From positions 1-48,332 of the forward strand of contig CAIXBT010000167.1 of the NCBI GenBank assembly GCA_903917755.1: 48,332 nucleotides of DNA, read 5' to 3'. The notes beneath the pieces were generated by a model. The model was not told where the DNA came from and ran no database searches. It saw nothing but the letters and a program-made list of their open reading frames with translations. The stretch comes from an uncultured Bacteroidota bacterium. GTDB lineage: Bacteria; Bacteroidota; Bacteroidia; Chitinophagales; LD1. Both the position numbers and the translations under genes were made by a program. How positions within the stretch are numbered: position 1 is the first letter of the stretch; the number at the start of each line of letters is the position of its first letter. Of the stretch, positions 28,444 through 38,126 are shown piece by piece.

Positions 28444-28674
28444 CAAAAAGCAACCCGTCAAATCCGCTTTAACCTTACGCCGGATCAAAATGCCCCGGTA
28501 TATGCTAACGCGGACGGTACATTAGCTCAGGATTCGTTAGGCTTTTTCAAAAACGAGGCGGCGAAAGGCGTGTTGCAAATGGTTACGGACGGCGAATTAT
28601 CAAATGCCGCAATCATTATCGACCCAACGCAAAACGTCGTAAGCTCAGGCAAGATAGTAATAAACACCGCCTGA
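28444..28674 (+). pseudogene. Internal fragment of a phage tail sheath gene (DUF2586-like), inverted relative to the baseplate genes
   Basis: Not in the ORF track. Reads QKATRQIRFNLTPDQNAPVYANADGTLAQDSLGFFKNEAAKGVLQMVTDGELSNAAIIIDPTQNVVSSGKIVINTA*, matching the sheath C-terminal pattern (GELS....IDP.QNV) but lacking a start and the final strands. Confidence 0.65.
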
Positions 28675-28748
28675 GCAAATGAAGCAATTCGCCTTTATTA
28701 AATTCCTTTTTGAAAGGCGATAAACTATATGTGGGGGCGATTGACATA

Positions 28749-29930
28749 TTAATTTTTAAATTGTATCTGCTGTTTCAGGTGATCTATCAGCACTCTGAAC
28801 AAAATCTCAGCCTTATTTTGCTCCCCTTTAGGGTTCAAATGACAGTCGTCAAGCCAGCAAGTGTGATCTGTGATAGAGTCGAAAGCAAACGGGACAAAGA
28901 TCCCCCCATACTTTTCAGACAAAGACTTTGATATAGAAACATTCAGTGAATTCATTTTGTCGTACTCTTTATTATTGACCACAAATTCGGATTGTTTATT
29001 TAATGCATTGGGGAATACCACTAGCATTGAACTATCTTCCACAATGGACATAAACAGGTTGGAGCTGTTTCTATAAAACGGATAAAATTCAAACTGCTTA
29101 TTATCTATTATACTATCTATATTCAATTGTGACCATTTGCAAAAATGCTGGTTTTGCTGAATAGAAAAGCAATCCCTCCCGGTTTTACCATTATAAGCAA
29201 AATTATCATAAAACAAACGAATGGTAAAAAAGCTAATAAAATAGGATTTGAGGAGCCATCTGGCTGGAGTCGTGAGCGGATCCAGATTGAAACTACGCCT
29301 TCTGAAATGTGTATAGTCGAGCTGAAAATCTTTTTGCGGGTTGGTGGCTATCAATGCGTCATTGACACCACTATGCACAATAACCACGTCCGGTTTATAA
29401 TACCTGTATTTGAATAAATATTGCTGTAACTCTTCTGCAGAAGTGCCCGCCTCAATGCCCGCATTAATAACCTCACAATCCTTAAACTTGCTATTCAAAC
29501 TTTTATCGTGGATAATATAGTCCTTCAATAACTCCTGGAGGCGGGCGGGGTATGCCTGATAGGGTGAATCTACAGTATATCCATAGGTAGTCGATCCTCC
29601 CAGACACAAGATCCTGAGCTTTTCGGATCTCTGAAGGGGTACTTTTTCTCCCCTGTATCCATCTTCATTGTGCTGTACTACACCGTTCTTTTTGTAACCG
29701 GGATAAGGTATGTAACCTAAATATGGCAGTGAAAGATAACGCGGAAAGTTTTCCGGTTTTTGATTGTCCATTAGCATGTACCTAATCTGAAAATAGTTTT
29801 TGTTTGAGAGCCAGTCAAACGAACGACTATTGATCCACATGCCAAAGTACCCCACAGCCTCCAATCCTATAATGACAATAAGGATCAAGCTGAAGCGCAA
29901 TAGAAATAATTTTGGCCTTCCTTCTTGCAT
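28749..29930 (-). CDS. Membrane-anchored SGNH/GDSL hydrolase or acyltransferase
   Basis: N-terminal TM, N..GYRG, LGGSTT (block I), INAG, GVND, DDCHLN (DxxH). Confidence 0.85.
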   Translation of the reverse strand: MQEGRPKLFLLRFSLILIVIIGLEAVGYFGMWINSRSFDWLSNKNYFQIRYMLMDNQKPENFPRYLSLPYLGYIPYPGYKKNGVVQHNEDGYRGEKVPLQRSEKLRILCLGGSTTYGYTVDSPYQAYPARLQELLKDYIIHDKSLNSKFKDCEVINAGIEAGTSAEELQQYLFKYRYYKPDVVIVHSGVNDALIATNPQKDFQLDYTHFRRRSFNLDPLTTPARWLLKSYFISFFTIRLFYDNFAYNGKTGRDCFSIQQNQHFCKWSQLNIDSIIDNKQFEFYPFYRNSSNLFMSIVEDSSMLVVFPNALNKQSEFVVNNKEYDKMNSLNVSISKSLSEKYGGIFVPFAFDSITDHTCWLDDCHLNPKGEQNKAEILFRVLIDHLKQQIQFKN

Positions 29931-29985
29931 TGCTCTATTTCACATAAAATGTATCAGTCACTAAGTCAAATTTGCAGATTCGATA

Positions 29986-30696
29986 CTAATATATAGTTTT
30001 TGCTTTTTCTATCGGTAGCTGCTTTTTGAAGTTATATACTGTTTTATATAATGCTGACATCTCAATGATCACTTTGCTGAGCGTTTTCCAGCTGCCTCCG
30101 GTAGATATTCCTCCATTGCGTTCATGATAAACAGATGGGAGCTCTATCGGTTTACATCCCGCTTTGATGAGTTTAGCACTAATTTCACTTTCCACGATTG
30201 AGCTTTTCATTTGAAAATCTACAAAATCCAACTGATCCTTTCTGTATACTTTGACCCAATTTATATCTTTCATTTCTACCCCCAGCAATAGTTTATTGAA
30301 AATCCGGTTTAAAAAGGATAGCATGGCCCGATATATGCCATAGTTTGTCTTAGGCCGGTAATATGAGTATAAGCTGTAAATTGTAAAGGGTTTTATATTC
30401 AATAATTCCCTGACGTCAAACTGCCCATCACCGGGAATAGCGCAGACATATTCCTTGATTGCAGCATTATACCCCGACCTGAGTGCCATTCCAATTCCAA
30501 GATTGGTGGGATGGATAATATATTTTACAAGGGGGTAGCGTTTGATGATCTCAGTTGTCCCATCGGTACTTCCATCATCTACTACTATTATCTCAAAGTC
30601 GTCAGACAGCTGGCCGGCAATGTCAAAAGAAGATCCTATGACCTTTTCAATATTATCCTCCTCGTTATGACAAAATATGATGATAGAAATATTCAA
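29986..30696 (-). CDS. Glycosyltransferase family 2 (DPM1-like)
   Basis: ISIII..HNEE, VVDDGSTDGT, N.G.G.ALR.G, GDGQ. Confidence 0.9.
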   Translation of the reverse strand: MNISIIIFCHNEEDNIEKVIGSSFDIAGQLSDDFEIIVVDDGSTDGTTEIIKRYPLVKYIIHPTNLGIGMALRSGYNAAIKEYVCAIPGDGQFDVRELLNIKPFTIYSLYSYYRPKTNYGIYRAMLSFLNRIFNKLLLGVEMKDINWVKVYRKDQLDFVDFQMKSSIVESEISAKLIKAGCKPIELPSVYHERNGGISTGGSWKTLSKVIIEMSALYKTVYNFKKQLPIEKAKTIY

Positions 30697-31709
30697 ATTA
30701 GAGAGATTATTGATCCATTAGAGTTTAATGATTCCTGCGCCTTTTCTAAGATCTTTACTACTTGTAGTGCATTCTTACCATCCGCGACAGGTTGTGTGCC
30801 ATTCAAAATACAATCATAAAATTCACCGATCACATTTTTTAGAGGTTCAGAGATCTCATACTTGGGTATAGTAATATCACCGAGACGGTAGTCTATTAGT
30901 TTTAATTTGTTTTCATTACTGGTCGGTGTATGTTCATAATCATAAATGATCAATTTATTCGTAGCCTCTATGTCATCATAAATGATCATTCTCTTTTCGC
31001 CGCCTATGATCATTTTGCGCATCTTGACAGGCGAAGCCCAGGACGAGTTGATCTGAACCAAAAGTCCAGATTTATAATACAAGAAAAGATATGCCACATC
31101 TTCTACCCCAAAAGTTGGATTGATCCGACCTATCGCCCTTACACTTTGAGGTTCTTCATCGATCAAATAATTAATGATAGAGAGGTCATGGCAGGCCAGA
31201 TCCCATAACACATTGGTGTCGTTCTGATAGATACCCAGATTGATCCTCGTTGCGTCTATATAATTGATCGTTCCAAGAAAGTCCTGGTTGATGTATTTTT
31301 TTAGTTGTCTTACTACAGGATTATAAAGAAAAATATGGTCAACCATCAAAACCAGATTATTGGCTTCAGCTATAGAGATTAACTCTGCTGTTTGCTCTGC
31401 TGATGTAGAAATGGGTTTTTCAATTAATACGTGCTTTTTCTCCAGCATAGCTTGCTTAGCTAAAGAATAATGGGTGGAGGTAGGAGTAGCTATAATAACT
31501 GCATCTATTGTTCCATCTTTAAAAACATCCTTACTATCTGTCGTGATATTCAGCGAAAAATTATTTCTTTTGACAGCGTCTATAGAACTTTGATTTTTAT
31601 CACAGACTGTAAGGGTTCCTGAGAGGGGTTGTTCGGTAAGATTTCTAAGAATATTACTCCCCCAATATCCACAACCTATTAAGCCTACATTTACTTTCGA
31701 TGATGACAT
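30693..31709 (-). CDS. Gfo/Idh/MocA family NAD-dependent oxidoreductase (nucleotide-sugar dehydrogenase-like)
   Basis: GLIGCGYWG, IATP..TH, KHVLIEKP, WDLACHD. Confidence 0.88.
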   Translation of the reverse strand: MSSSKVNVGLIGCGYWGSNILRNLTEQPLSGTLTVCDKNQSSIDAVKRNNFSLNITTDSKDVFKDGTIDAVIIATPTSTHYSLAKQAMLEKKHVLIEKPISTSAEQTAELISIAEANNLVLMVDHIFLYNPVVRQLKKYINQDFLGTINYIDATRINLGIYQNDTNVLWDLACHDLSIINYLIDEEPQSVRAIGRINPTFGVEDVAYLFLYYKSGLLVQINSSWASPVKMRKMIIGGEKRMIIYDDIEATNKLIIYDYEHTPTSNENKLKLIDYRLGDITIPKYEISEPLKNVIGEFYDCILNGTQPVADGKNALQVVKILEKAQESLNSNGSIISLI

Positions 31710-31860
31710 TTCCTTTCTTCAAGACTGAAAAATTAACTTTATGAACCGTAAAATAGTCATTTTTGCCTAAATTAATCGATAAGAATATTTAAATTCATTT
31801 TCATGCAGTTTTCAGCATGGATTATATATCATTGACATGTTGATTGACTTGGCTTTTATA

Positions 31861-31868
31861 TAGCTTTG
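31861..31868 (+). promoter_or_regulatory. Bacteroidota-type -7 promoter element (TAGCTTTG)
   Basis: TAnnTTTG match in the divergent intergenic region upstream of the 31976 operon. Confidence 0.5.
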
Positions 31869-31975
31869 GTCATATTCACAGATTTTAAATTAGTAATCTG
31901 ATGAAAGGACAACATCGGGTCTGTATGTTTCTGTTTGCATAAATGCATAATAATCTCAAAATTTATCCCTAATAG

Positions 31976-32764
31976 ATGGATACTCTTGATTCCAATACTG
32001 ATATAGAACTCAGCATTATTATGCCCTGTCTGAATGAAGCCGAGACTTTGAGAACATGTATTGTCAAAGCTTTCGAGTATCTCAATGTAAATAATATCAA
32101 AGGTGAGGTTGTGATTGGAGATAACGGAAGCATTGATGGGTCGCAGGAAATAGCACGTAATTGTGGTGCCAGGGTTATCTCAGTGCCGATCAAAGGATAT
32201 GGGAGTGCGCTAATGGGTGCTATTAAAGCAGCACACGGGAAATATGTGGTCATGGGAGACTCTGATGACAGCTATGATTTCAGCAATCTGAATCCATTTT
32301 TGGAAAAACTGCGCGAGGGCTATGAACTTGTGATAGGGAATCGTTTCACGGGTAGCATCAAACCGACAGCTATGCCCTTTTTGAATAAATACCTTGGTAA
32401 CCCTTTTTTGTCCTTTATAGGACGTTTATTTGTCAGAAGTGAGATTGGTGATTTTCATTGCGGGCTTCGGGGTTTCAACCGGGAAGCCTTATTAGCACTC
32501 GACTTAAAAACCACAGGGATGGAGTTTGCATCGGAAATGATAATAGTAGCGACAGTAAACCACTTGAGAATCACAGAAGTACCGGTAGTGCTCTCGCCTG
32601 ACGGAAGAAGTCGACCATCCCACCTCCGTCCATGGAGAGATGGATGGAGGCATTTAAAGTTCTTGCTAAGTCATAGTCGTGGTCCTGTATTTCTGATTCG
32701 TGAACTTTTGCTGATGGCCGGCGGCCTGATCAGAAGACTATTTCGGGTATTAAAACTGATTTAA
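31976..32764 (+). CDS. Glycosyltransferase family 2 (polyprenol-phosphate glycosyltransferase-like)
   Basis: MPCLNEA, DNGS.DGS, GYG.AL, MGDSDDSY, DFHCGLR, GMEFASEM, RDGWRHL. Confidence 0.9.
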   Translation: MDTLDSNTDIELSIIMPCLNEAETLRTCIVKAFEYLNVNNIKGEVVIGDNGSIDGSQEIARNCGARVISVPIKGYGSALMGAIKAAHGKYVVMGDSDDSYDFSNLNPFLEKLREGYELVIGNRFTGSIKPTAMPFLNKYLGNPFLSFIGRLFVRSEIGDFHCGLRGFNREALLALDLKTTGMEFASEMIIVATVNHLRITEVPVVLSPDGRSRPSHLRPWRDGWRHLKFLLSHSRGPVFLIRELLLMAGGLIRRLFRVLKLI

Positions 32765-32806
32765 TCAGAACTTTTAAATGTTTTATTTTTGTTCTAAGCA
32801 GGAAAT

Positions 32807-33871
32807 ATGACACTTCGTACCATTTTTGATATTACGCAGAAGAATTTAGAGCATGGCTATTACAAGATTACTGGGCAAACTCATCGAATCGTCCCGTATA
32901 AAATTGTAGTTGAGCTTACGACGCAGTGTAATTCTAAATGTCTCTATTGCGATATTTGGAAAATAAAGAAAGAGGACGTTCAAAAAATTGATATGGGTCA
33001 TTTCGAAAATTTTTTGAAAAAAATGGACCGAAATCTTTTGTGGCTCGCTCTGACCGGAGGAGAAATTTCAACCAACAACCAGTTTCCGGAGATCATAAAA
33101 TTAATAAAACAAAATTGCCCCAATCTCCGGATCATAACTTTCACTACAAACGGCCTTCTGCCAGAGCGCATTCTGGATTATGCTCTGCTTATTAAAAAAG
33201 AACTCAATTGTGATTCATTCATTACTATCAGTCTGGATGGAGATGAGGAAACACATGACGCGATCAGAGGCGTTAAGGGCAACTATGCAAAGTGCATGGA
33301 GACATATCAGCTTATGAAGAAAAATGGCATTCAATGTCATTTCGGTATTACAGTTGCAGAGGGTAACTATTCGTTTATTAAAAATTCTTTCCGGTCTTAT
33401 CGTGATAAGATCAAAGCAGTCACTTTTCTTCATAGCGGAGGTATTTTTCTTACAGATCATGACCCTGGTGACCCTGCTACCGATATGAAGATCATGGGGT
33501 CGTTGAAAACTATTTATCACAACTACAAAGTTTCATCGCCTGGTGAATGGCTAATTAAACAATATATAAAAGTGGGAATTCTGTTTCTGCAAAAAGGCCG
33601 AAAAACAAATATTATACCCTGCGATGTCGGCTTATCTTCTGCACACCTAATGGCAAATGGTGACCTCTTGCCATGTATGTATCTTCCTCCCATCAAAAAA
33701 ATAGGCGAAGGTTTTGAAGTAAGCGATTATCATAATCCTGAGGCACAGGCTATGCTAAATGAGATCAAAAAAGATAAGTGCCCCCATTGTTGGATGAGCT
33801 GCTACGGCCCCCACAACATGTTACAATCTCCATTAAAATCACTTTCCGTTTTACTAAAACCCCTTGAATGA
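32807..33871 (+). CDS. Radical SAM enzyme with C-terminal SPASM/twitch-type auxiliary cluster domain
   Basis: CNSKCLYC, LTGGE, TNG, ISLDG...HD.IRG; C-terminal PC..G...GDLLPC...CPHCWMSC. Confidence 0.88.
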   Translation: MTLRTIFDITQKNLEHGYYKITGQTHRIVPYKIVVELTTQCNSKCLYCDIWKIKKEDVQKIDMGHFENFLKKMDRNLLWLALTGGEISTNNQFPEIIKLIKQNCPNLRIITFTTNGLLPERILDYALLIKKELNCDSFITISLDGDEETHDAIRGVKGNYAKCMETYQLMKKNGIQCHFGITVAEGNYSFIKNSFRSYRDKIKAVTFLHSGGIFLTDHDPGDPATDMKIMGSLKTIYHNYKVSSPGEWLIKQYIKVGILFLQKGRKTNIIPCDVGLSSAHLMANGDLLPCMYLPPIKKIGEGFEVSDYHNPEAQAMLNEIKKDKCPHCWMSCYGPHNMLQSPLKSLSVLLKPLE

Positions 33872-35382
33872 GTAAAAAGCAAATTATTTACTTACTTTCT
33901 GTATTTGCCTTGCTTCTGATCGGACGGATATCGATAGCAGGTACCGGATATTTAGAAGATACTGATGAACTATTATACATCTGGATCCATCTTCATTTTG
34001 CTGATTTTACACATCTGTCTACATGGTCGCACTGCATGTTTCGTGTACAAGGGCAGCCACCCGAAATATTGATCCGTCTCATGGAATACATTTGCTTGCT
34101 GCCAATAGCGGCATCTATGGGCAAGTCCATGTTGCATCCGGATATTCTATACTTTATGGGTTTGTTCAATATTGTTGTTTCATTGCTAATACTATATGTC
34201 TTTTTCCGTATTTTACTAAAACTCAAGTTCTCCTTTGAATATGCTCTGACAGGAGTGGTACTATTAGGTACGCTTTTCAATTACAACATGTATACACGGC
34301 ATATTCTGCCATATGATCATGCCCTTTTGTTTCAGTTGCTCGCTTTAAATATTTTATTGGGAGATAATGTCGGTTACCGAAAAATCATGTTAGCGGGATT
34401 GTTCTCTGCTATAGGACTTACTAATTATTTAGGATGCTTCATGTTCATGTTCATTAACTTCGGATACTTGCTACTTTCCAATTATAAAATGCCGAAAGTA
34501 GCATTAATGAAAGCGTTGTTTTTTGTTCTTCCCTTCCTAATACTGATATTATGCTATCAGGCCCTGACCCTCGCAGATGAAAAATCCTATTTATCTTTTT
34601 TGGGTGAATACTCCGACACGGTAAATAGCGGGGGGAGTTTCGATGAAGGGCTTATCTATGTGTTTCTGTATTTCTATCTTGTCGAAAAATGCTGGGGTAT
34701 ATTGCTGCTATTGCTCTCTTTTGCAGGGGGGTATTTACTATTTCTAAATATTAATTTCTCCAAAGCCAGACTTGTCCTCTTTCTCGGGCTAATTGCTTAC
34801 CTGACCTTTGGGGTGTATGTTTACTTTTTCCATAAGATGCTTTTTTCTGGTAGAGTGCTGCATATATATTACCCATTTGTCATTATAGGGGTACTGGGTT
34901 TATTGCAACAGCAAAAAATTTTGAAGCCCGCCTATATGATTGCGGGAATAGTTTTTTTTGCATTTATCAGCTACGCATTTGTGATCAAGGATTTTAACAG
35001 GATTGGCTATCCGCGTAATGCTATTTATAAGTATGGGCTCTTTGAACAAAAGGGGAAAGTGCATTTTTCTTATTTCGAAGAAATGTATAGTCCCATGCAT
35101 TACAGCGATCGTGCTAATTTTTATATTGATAGTACTGGGCCCACTATATTGCCCTCGGGACATTATGCCGTGGGCAATCTTGGTTTCCTGGTCGACGTCC
35201 CCGATACTTTGTATAAATACTATCAGCCATGGAAAAAAGCAGATAAGGACAGTGTGGTTTTCGAGCAATTGCATTTTGAATCGCACCCGGCTTATACTTT
35301 GGAGTATTGCACTCGCTTAGGGCGAAATTTTTATTTAGAAAAGAAATTAAAAATAAGAGTAGTTAAAATTCAAGATCCATAA
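33868..35382 (+). CDS. Polytopic membrane protein, GT-C/ArnT-like glycosyltransferase candidate
   Basis: About 10-11 hydrophobic segments, acidic EDTDE motif after the first TM, soluble C-terminal domain; overlaps the upstream stop (ATGA). Confidence 0.55.
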   Translation: MSKKQIIYLLSVFALLLIGRISIAGTGYLEDTDELLYIWIHLHFADFTHLSTWSHCMFRVQGQPPEILIRLMEYICLLPIAASMGKSMLHPDILYFMGLFNIVVSLLILYVFFRILLKLKFSFEYALTGVVLLGTLFNYNMYTRHILPYDHALLFQLLALNILLGDNVGYRKIMLAGLFSAIGLTNYLGCFMFMFINFGYLLLSNYKMPKVALMKALFFVLPFLILILCYQALTLADEKSYLSFLGEYSDTVNSGGSFDEGLIYVFLYFYLVEKCWGILLLLLSFAGGYLLFLNINFSKARLVLFLGLIAYLTFGVYVYFFHKMLFSGRVLHIYYPFVIIGVLGLLQQQKILKPAYMIAGIVFFAFISYAFVIKDFNRIGYPRNAIYKYGLFEQKGKVHFSYFEEMYSPMHYSDRANFYIDSTGPTILPSGHYAVGNLGFLVDVPDTLYKYYQPWKKADKDSVVFEQLHFESHPAYTLEYCTRLGRNFYLEKKLKIRVVKIQDP

Positions 35383-35452
35383 AATCATTGATTACAAAAA
35401 ATGCTCTTTGTTTTTTATTTTACTATTGCTGTTAGATTGTTTTATTAAACTC

Positions 35453-36430
35453 ATGATGATTAACACTCAGGAAACTTTTGAGACCATAGATAAAGCTGAA
35501 TTAGTAAATAGCGAGGGGGTGTATTACCTTGATTTTAGAAAAACACTGACTCCGCGCTATCATATAGTGTGGTTTGATATTTTTTTGGGATACTTTGCTT
35601 TACTATTTGTCTTGGCAATCGCCGCTTATGCAGAAAAAAAATGGAGTGCTTGTTTTTTATTGATCATACCCATTGGAGCCCTTTTGGTAGGATATATAGT
35701 TTCAGCTCTTCATTTATTTATTCATGAAGCCTCGCATTACAATCTTGCTTCTGACAGGAAGCGAAATGATCTGCTATCAAATATTTTTCTTGGTTTACTG
35801 GTCGGTATGGACGTCAATTTCTACAGGACCGTACATTTTGCCCATCATCGTTTGCTCGGCACCGCCAGAGATACCGAAAAATCATATTTTGATGCTATTA
35901 GCTGGCGATTCATACTAGAAACACTGAGCGGGATTCGTGTTATTAAAGTAATCGCTCATAGAAATGAAAATATTAAATTGAATGAAGGCAGTGGTGTAGA
36001 AATAATTAAAAAAAACAACATGGTATTTTTTGCTGCCGTCTGTTTAAATATTCTATTCTTAGTCGCTTTGTTAGCACTTGGTTATTGGCAGGTAGCCCTT
36101 GTTTGGACATTAGGCTTAGGATCCTCATTCCCTTTCTTTGCTTCCTTTCGTCAAATACTGGAACACCGCAGTGTGAAGGCGTCCTCAGAAGTAAATTACC
36201 ATAAGGTGGATCATGGGATAGTGCATCGCATGTTTGGCGAAGGCCCAATTGCTTCAACTCTCGGTGCTGCAGGGTTTAACAGGCATTTATTACATCATTG
36301 GGACCCTCAGGTATCTTATACCCGGCTAAAAGACGTGGAAGAATTTCTAAAGAAAACCCCCCTGAATAACGAGCAACAAAAAAGCCAAACCACTTATTTT
36401 AAAACTTTTATAGCGTTATTATATAGTTAA
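35453..36430 (+). CDS. Membrane fatty-acid desaturase/hydroxylase family di-iron enzyme
   Basis: Three His boxes HEASH, HFAHH, HLLHH plus EH; TM segments; start probably ATG 35453. Confidence 0.88.
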   Translation: MMINTQETFETIDKAELVNSEGVYYLDFRKTLTPRYHIVWFDIFLGYFALLFVLAIAAYAEKKWSACFLLIIPIGALLVGYIVSALHLFIHEASHYNLASDRKRNDLLSNIFLGLLVGMDVNFYRTVHFAHHRLLGTARDTEKSYFDAISWRFILETLSGIRVIKVIAHRNENIKLNEGSGVEIIKKNNMVFFAAVCLNILFLVALLALGYWQVALVWTLGLGSSFPFFASFRQILEHRSVKASSEVNYHKVDHGIVHRMFGEGPIASTLGAAGFNRHLLHHWDPQVSYTRLKDVEEFLKKTPLNNEQQKSQTTYFKTFIALLYS

Positions 36431-36507
36431 GCGATTCTATTAATAATATAAAAAGGTTAAATTTACTCAGGTGAGATCCCTGTCCTTTTTATACCTAATA
36501 CGTAAAA

Positions 36508-38073
36508 ATGAAAGTTTGTATAATCCGGCCGGCTGTAATACATAAGGAGATGGCATTTTCCCATATGCCAGGCGCTCCTTTAGGCCCGGCATATATAGCG
36601 GCTATGCTCAAAAAAGCCGGATATGAGGTACAGGCGATAGATGCTGCAGTCGAGGGATTTCATGATGTCGAAAAGTTCAGAATGGAGAAATTCCGGTTCG
36701 ACACATACATTTTTGGGCTTAATGTAGAAAACACAATCCGGCTTATCAAAGAAGATACAGATTTCATCTGCTTTAGCTTCATGTACACAAACAACTGGTA
36801 TTTTGACCGGGAATTAGTGATCAAAGCACGTGAACGGTTTCCTAATGCTATTATCATTGCCGGAGGCGAGCATGTCAGTGCCACTCCTGATTACTGTTTT
36901 AGTACTGCCCCTGACATAGATTATATCGTTTTAGGCGAAGGGGAAGCGACGATACTTGATCTCATGGAATCTATCAAACAGAATCAACCTGTAGAAGAAA
37001 TATCGAGGATCGCATTTAAAAAAGACGGTAAGGTTGTTGTGAATAACTTCAGCCGTAGGATCAAACGAGTGAGCAACATTGATGAGATTCCCTGGCCTGC
37101 CTGGGAATTATTCCCGCTGGATAAATATTTTGGTTACAGAGTCAGTTATGGCGTCTATAGAGGAAACTCCCTGCCCGTAATGGCTTCGAGAGGATGCCCG
37201 TATGAATGTACTTTCTGCTCAAGCCCGCAAATGTGGGGAAGAAAGTACAATTTGAGAGACGTTAATGACTTTGTCGATGAGATGGAATATTACCATAATA
37301 CATACAATGTGGTCAGTTTCGATTTTTTTGATCTGACGGCTATTATCTACAGAGATTGGATAATTAAACTATGTGATGAAATTATTAAAAGAGGGCTGAA
37401 GATCACCTATCAGATCCCGGCCGGGACACGTTCAGAGGCCATTGATTATGAAGTGGCCTATAAACTATATCAATCCGGCTGCAAAAATATTACTTATGCC
37501 CCTGAATCGGGTTCAGATAAAGTCCTAAAGGAAATTAAAAAAAGGGTCAAGCTGTCAAATATGTTGGATTCGATCAAGTTTTCATATAAGGTCGGCATGA
37601 ACATCAAATTGAATATTATAGCGGGCTTTCCCGATGAGACACATATGGATCTATGGAAAACTATTTGGTTTCTCGTCAAAAGTAGCTGGTATGGGGCCCA
37701 TGATATGTATCCCGGCGTTTTTTCCCCATATCCAGGGAGCGCGCTTTATGATCGATTGACAGCAGAGGGCAAACTCGATCTATACAGTGATGACTATATC
37801 ATGGAAATCATTAATTCACACGATCTATGGCCGGGCAAAACCTATAATGATAAAATGCGCCCTGCCACTGTCAAAATCTATACTGTGATCATGTATGTCG
37901 CCTTTTATGGAAGCAACTTCTTATTCAGGCCGCAAAGGCTTTATAAAATGATCAGAAACCTGATCACAAACAATCATGAATCCAGGGCCGAATCCGTACT
38001 CGCACAGACATTTACTAAGTTGAAATTGTCAAAACGAAAGACAGCAAGAGAGCAACAATTGCTTCCAAGCTAG
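36508..38073 (+). CDS. Cobalamin-binding radical SAM enzyme, paralog group A
   Basis: PLGPAYIAAML, SRGCPYECTFCSSPQMWG, FFDLTAI, PAGTRSE, YAPESG, PYPGS. Confidence 0.92.
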   Translation: MKVCIIRPAVIHKEMAFSHMPGAPLGPAYIAAMLKKAGYEVQAIDAAVEGFHDVEKFRMEKFRFDTYIFGLNVENTIRLIKEDTDFICFSFMYTNNWYFDRELVIKARERFPNAIIIAGGEHVSATPDYCFSTAPDIDYIVLGEGEATILDLMESIKQNQPVEEISRIAFKKDGKVVVNNFSRRIKRVSNIDEIPWPAWELFPLDKYFGYRVSYGVYRGNSLPVMASRGCPYECTFCSSPQMWGRKYNLRDVNDFVDEMEYYHNTYNVVSFDFFDLTAIIYRDWIIKLCDEIIKRGLKITYQIPAGTRSEAIDYEVAYKLYQSGCKNITYAPESGSDKVLKEIKKRVKLSNMLDSIKFSYKVGMNIKLNIIAGFPDETHMDLWKTIWFLVKSSWYGAHDMYPGVFSPYPGSALYDRLTAEGKLDLYSDDYIMEIINSHDLWPGKTYNDKMRPATVKIYTVIMYVAFYGSNFLFRPQRLYKMIRNLITNNHESRAESVLAQTFTKLKLSKRKTAREQQLLPS

Positions 38074-38126
38074 CCTACCTGTGCTTAAGATAAATAATTC
38101 GTTCTATAAGTTCCCTAGAAATTTCT

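Noticed and set aside
27504-28674. Functional extracellular contractile injection system or tailocin
   Set aside because: Sheath and spike are fragments, LysM is frameshifted, and tube, baseplate J and ATPase genes are absent
28689-28720. TCGCCTTT-N16-AAAGGCGA inverted repeat as a terminator
   Set aside because: Long loop and no clear U-tract on the relevant strand; too weak to call
145-38073. Specific names for the B12 radical SAMs (hpnP, hpnJ, bchE, poyC)
   Set aside because: Only family-level motifs are visible, and there is no hopanoid, bacteriochlorophyll or proteusin context in the window
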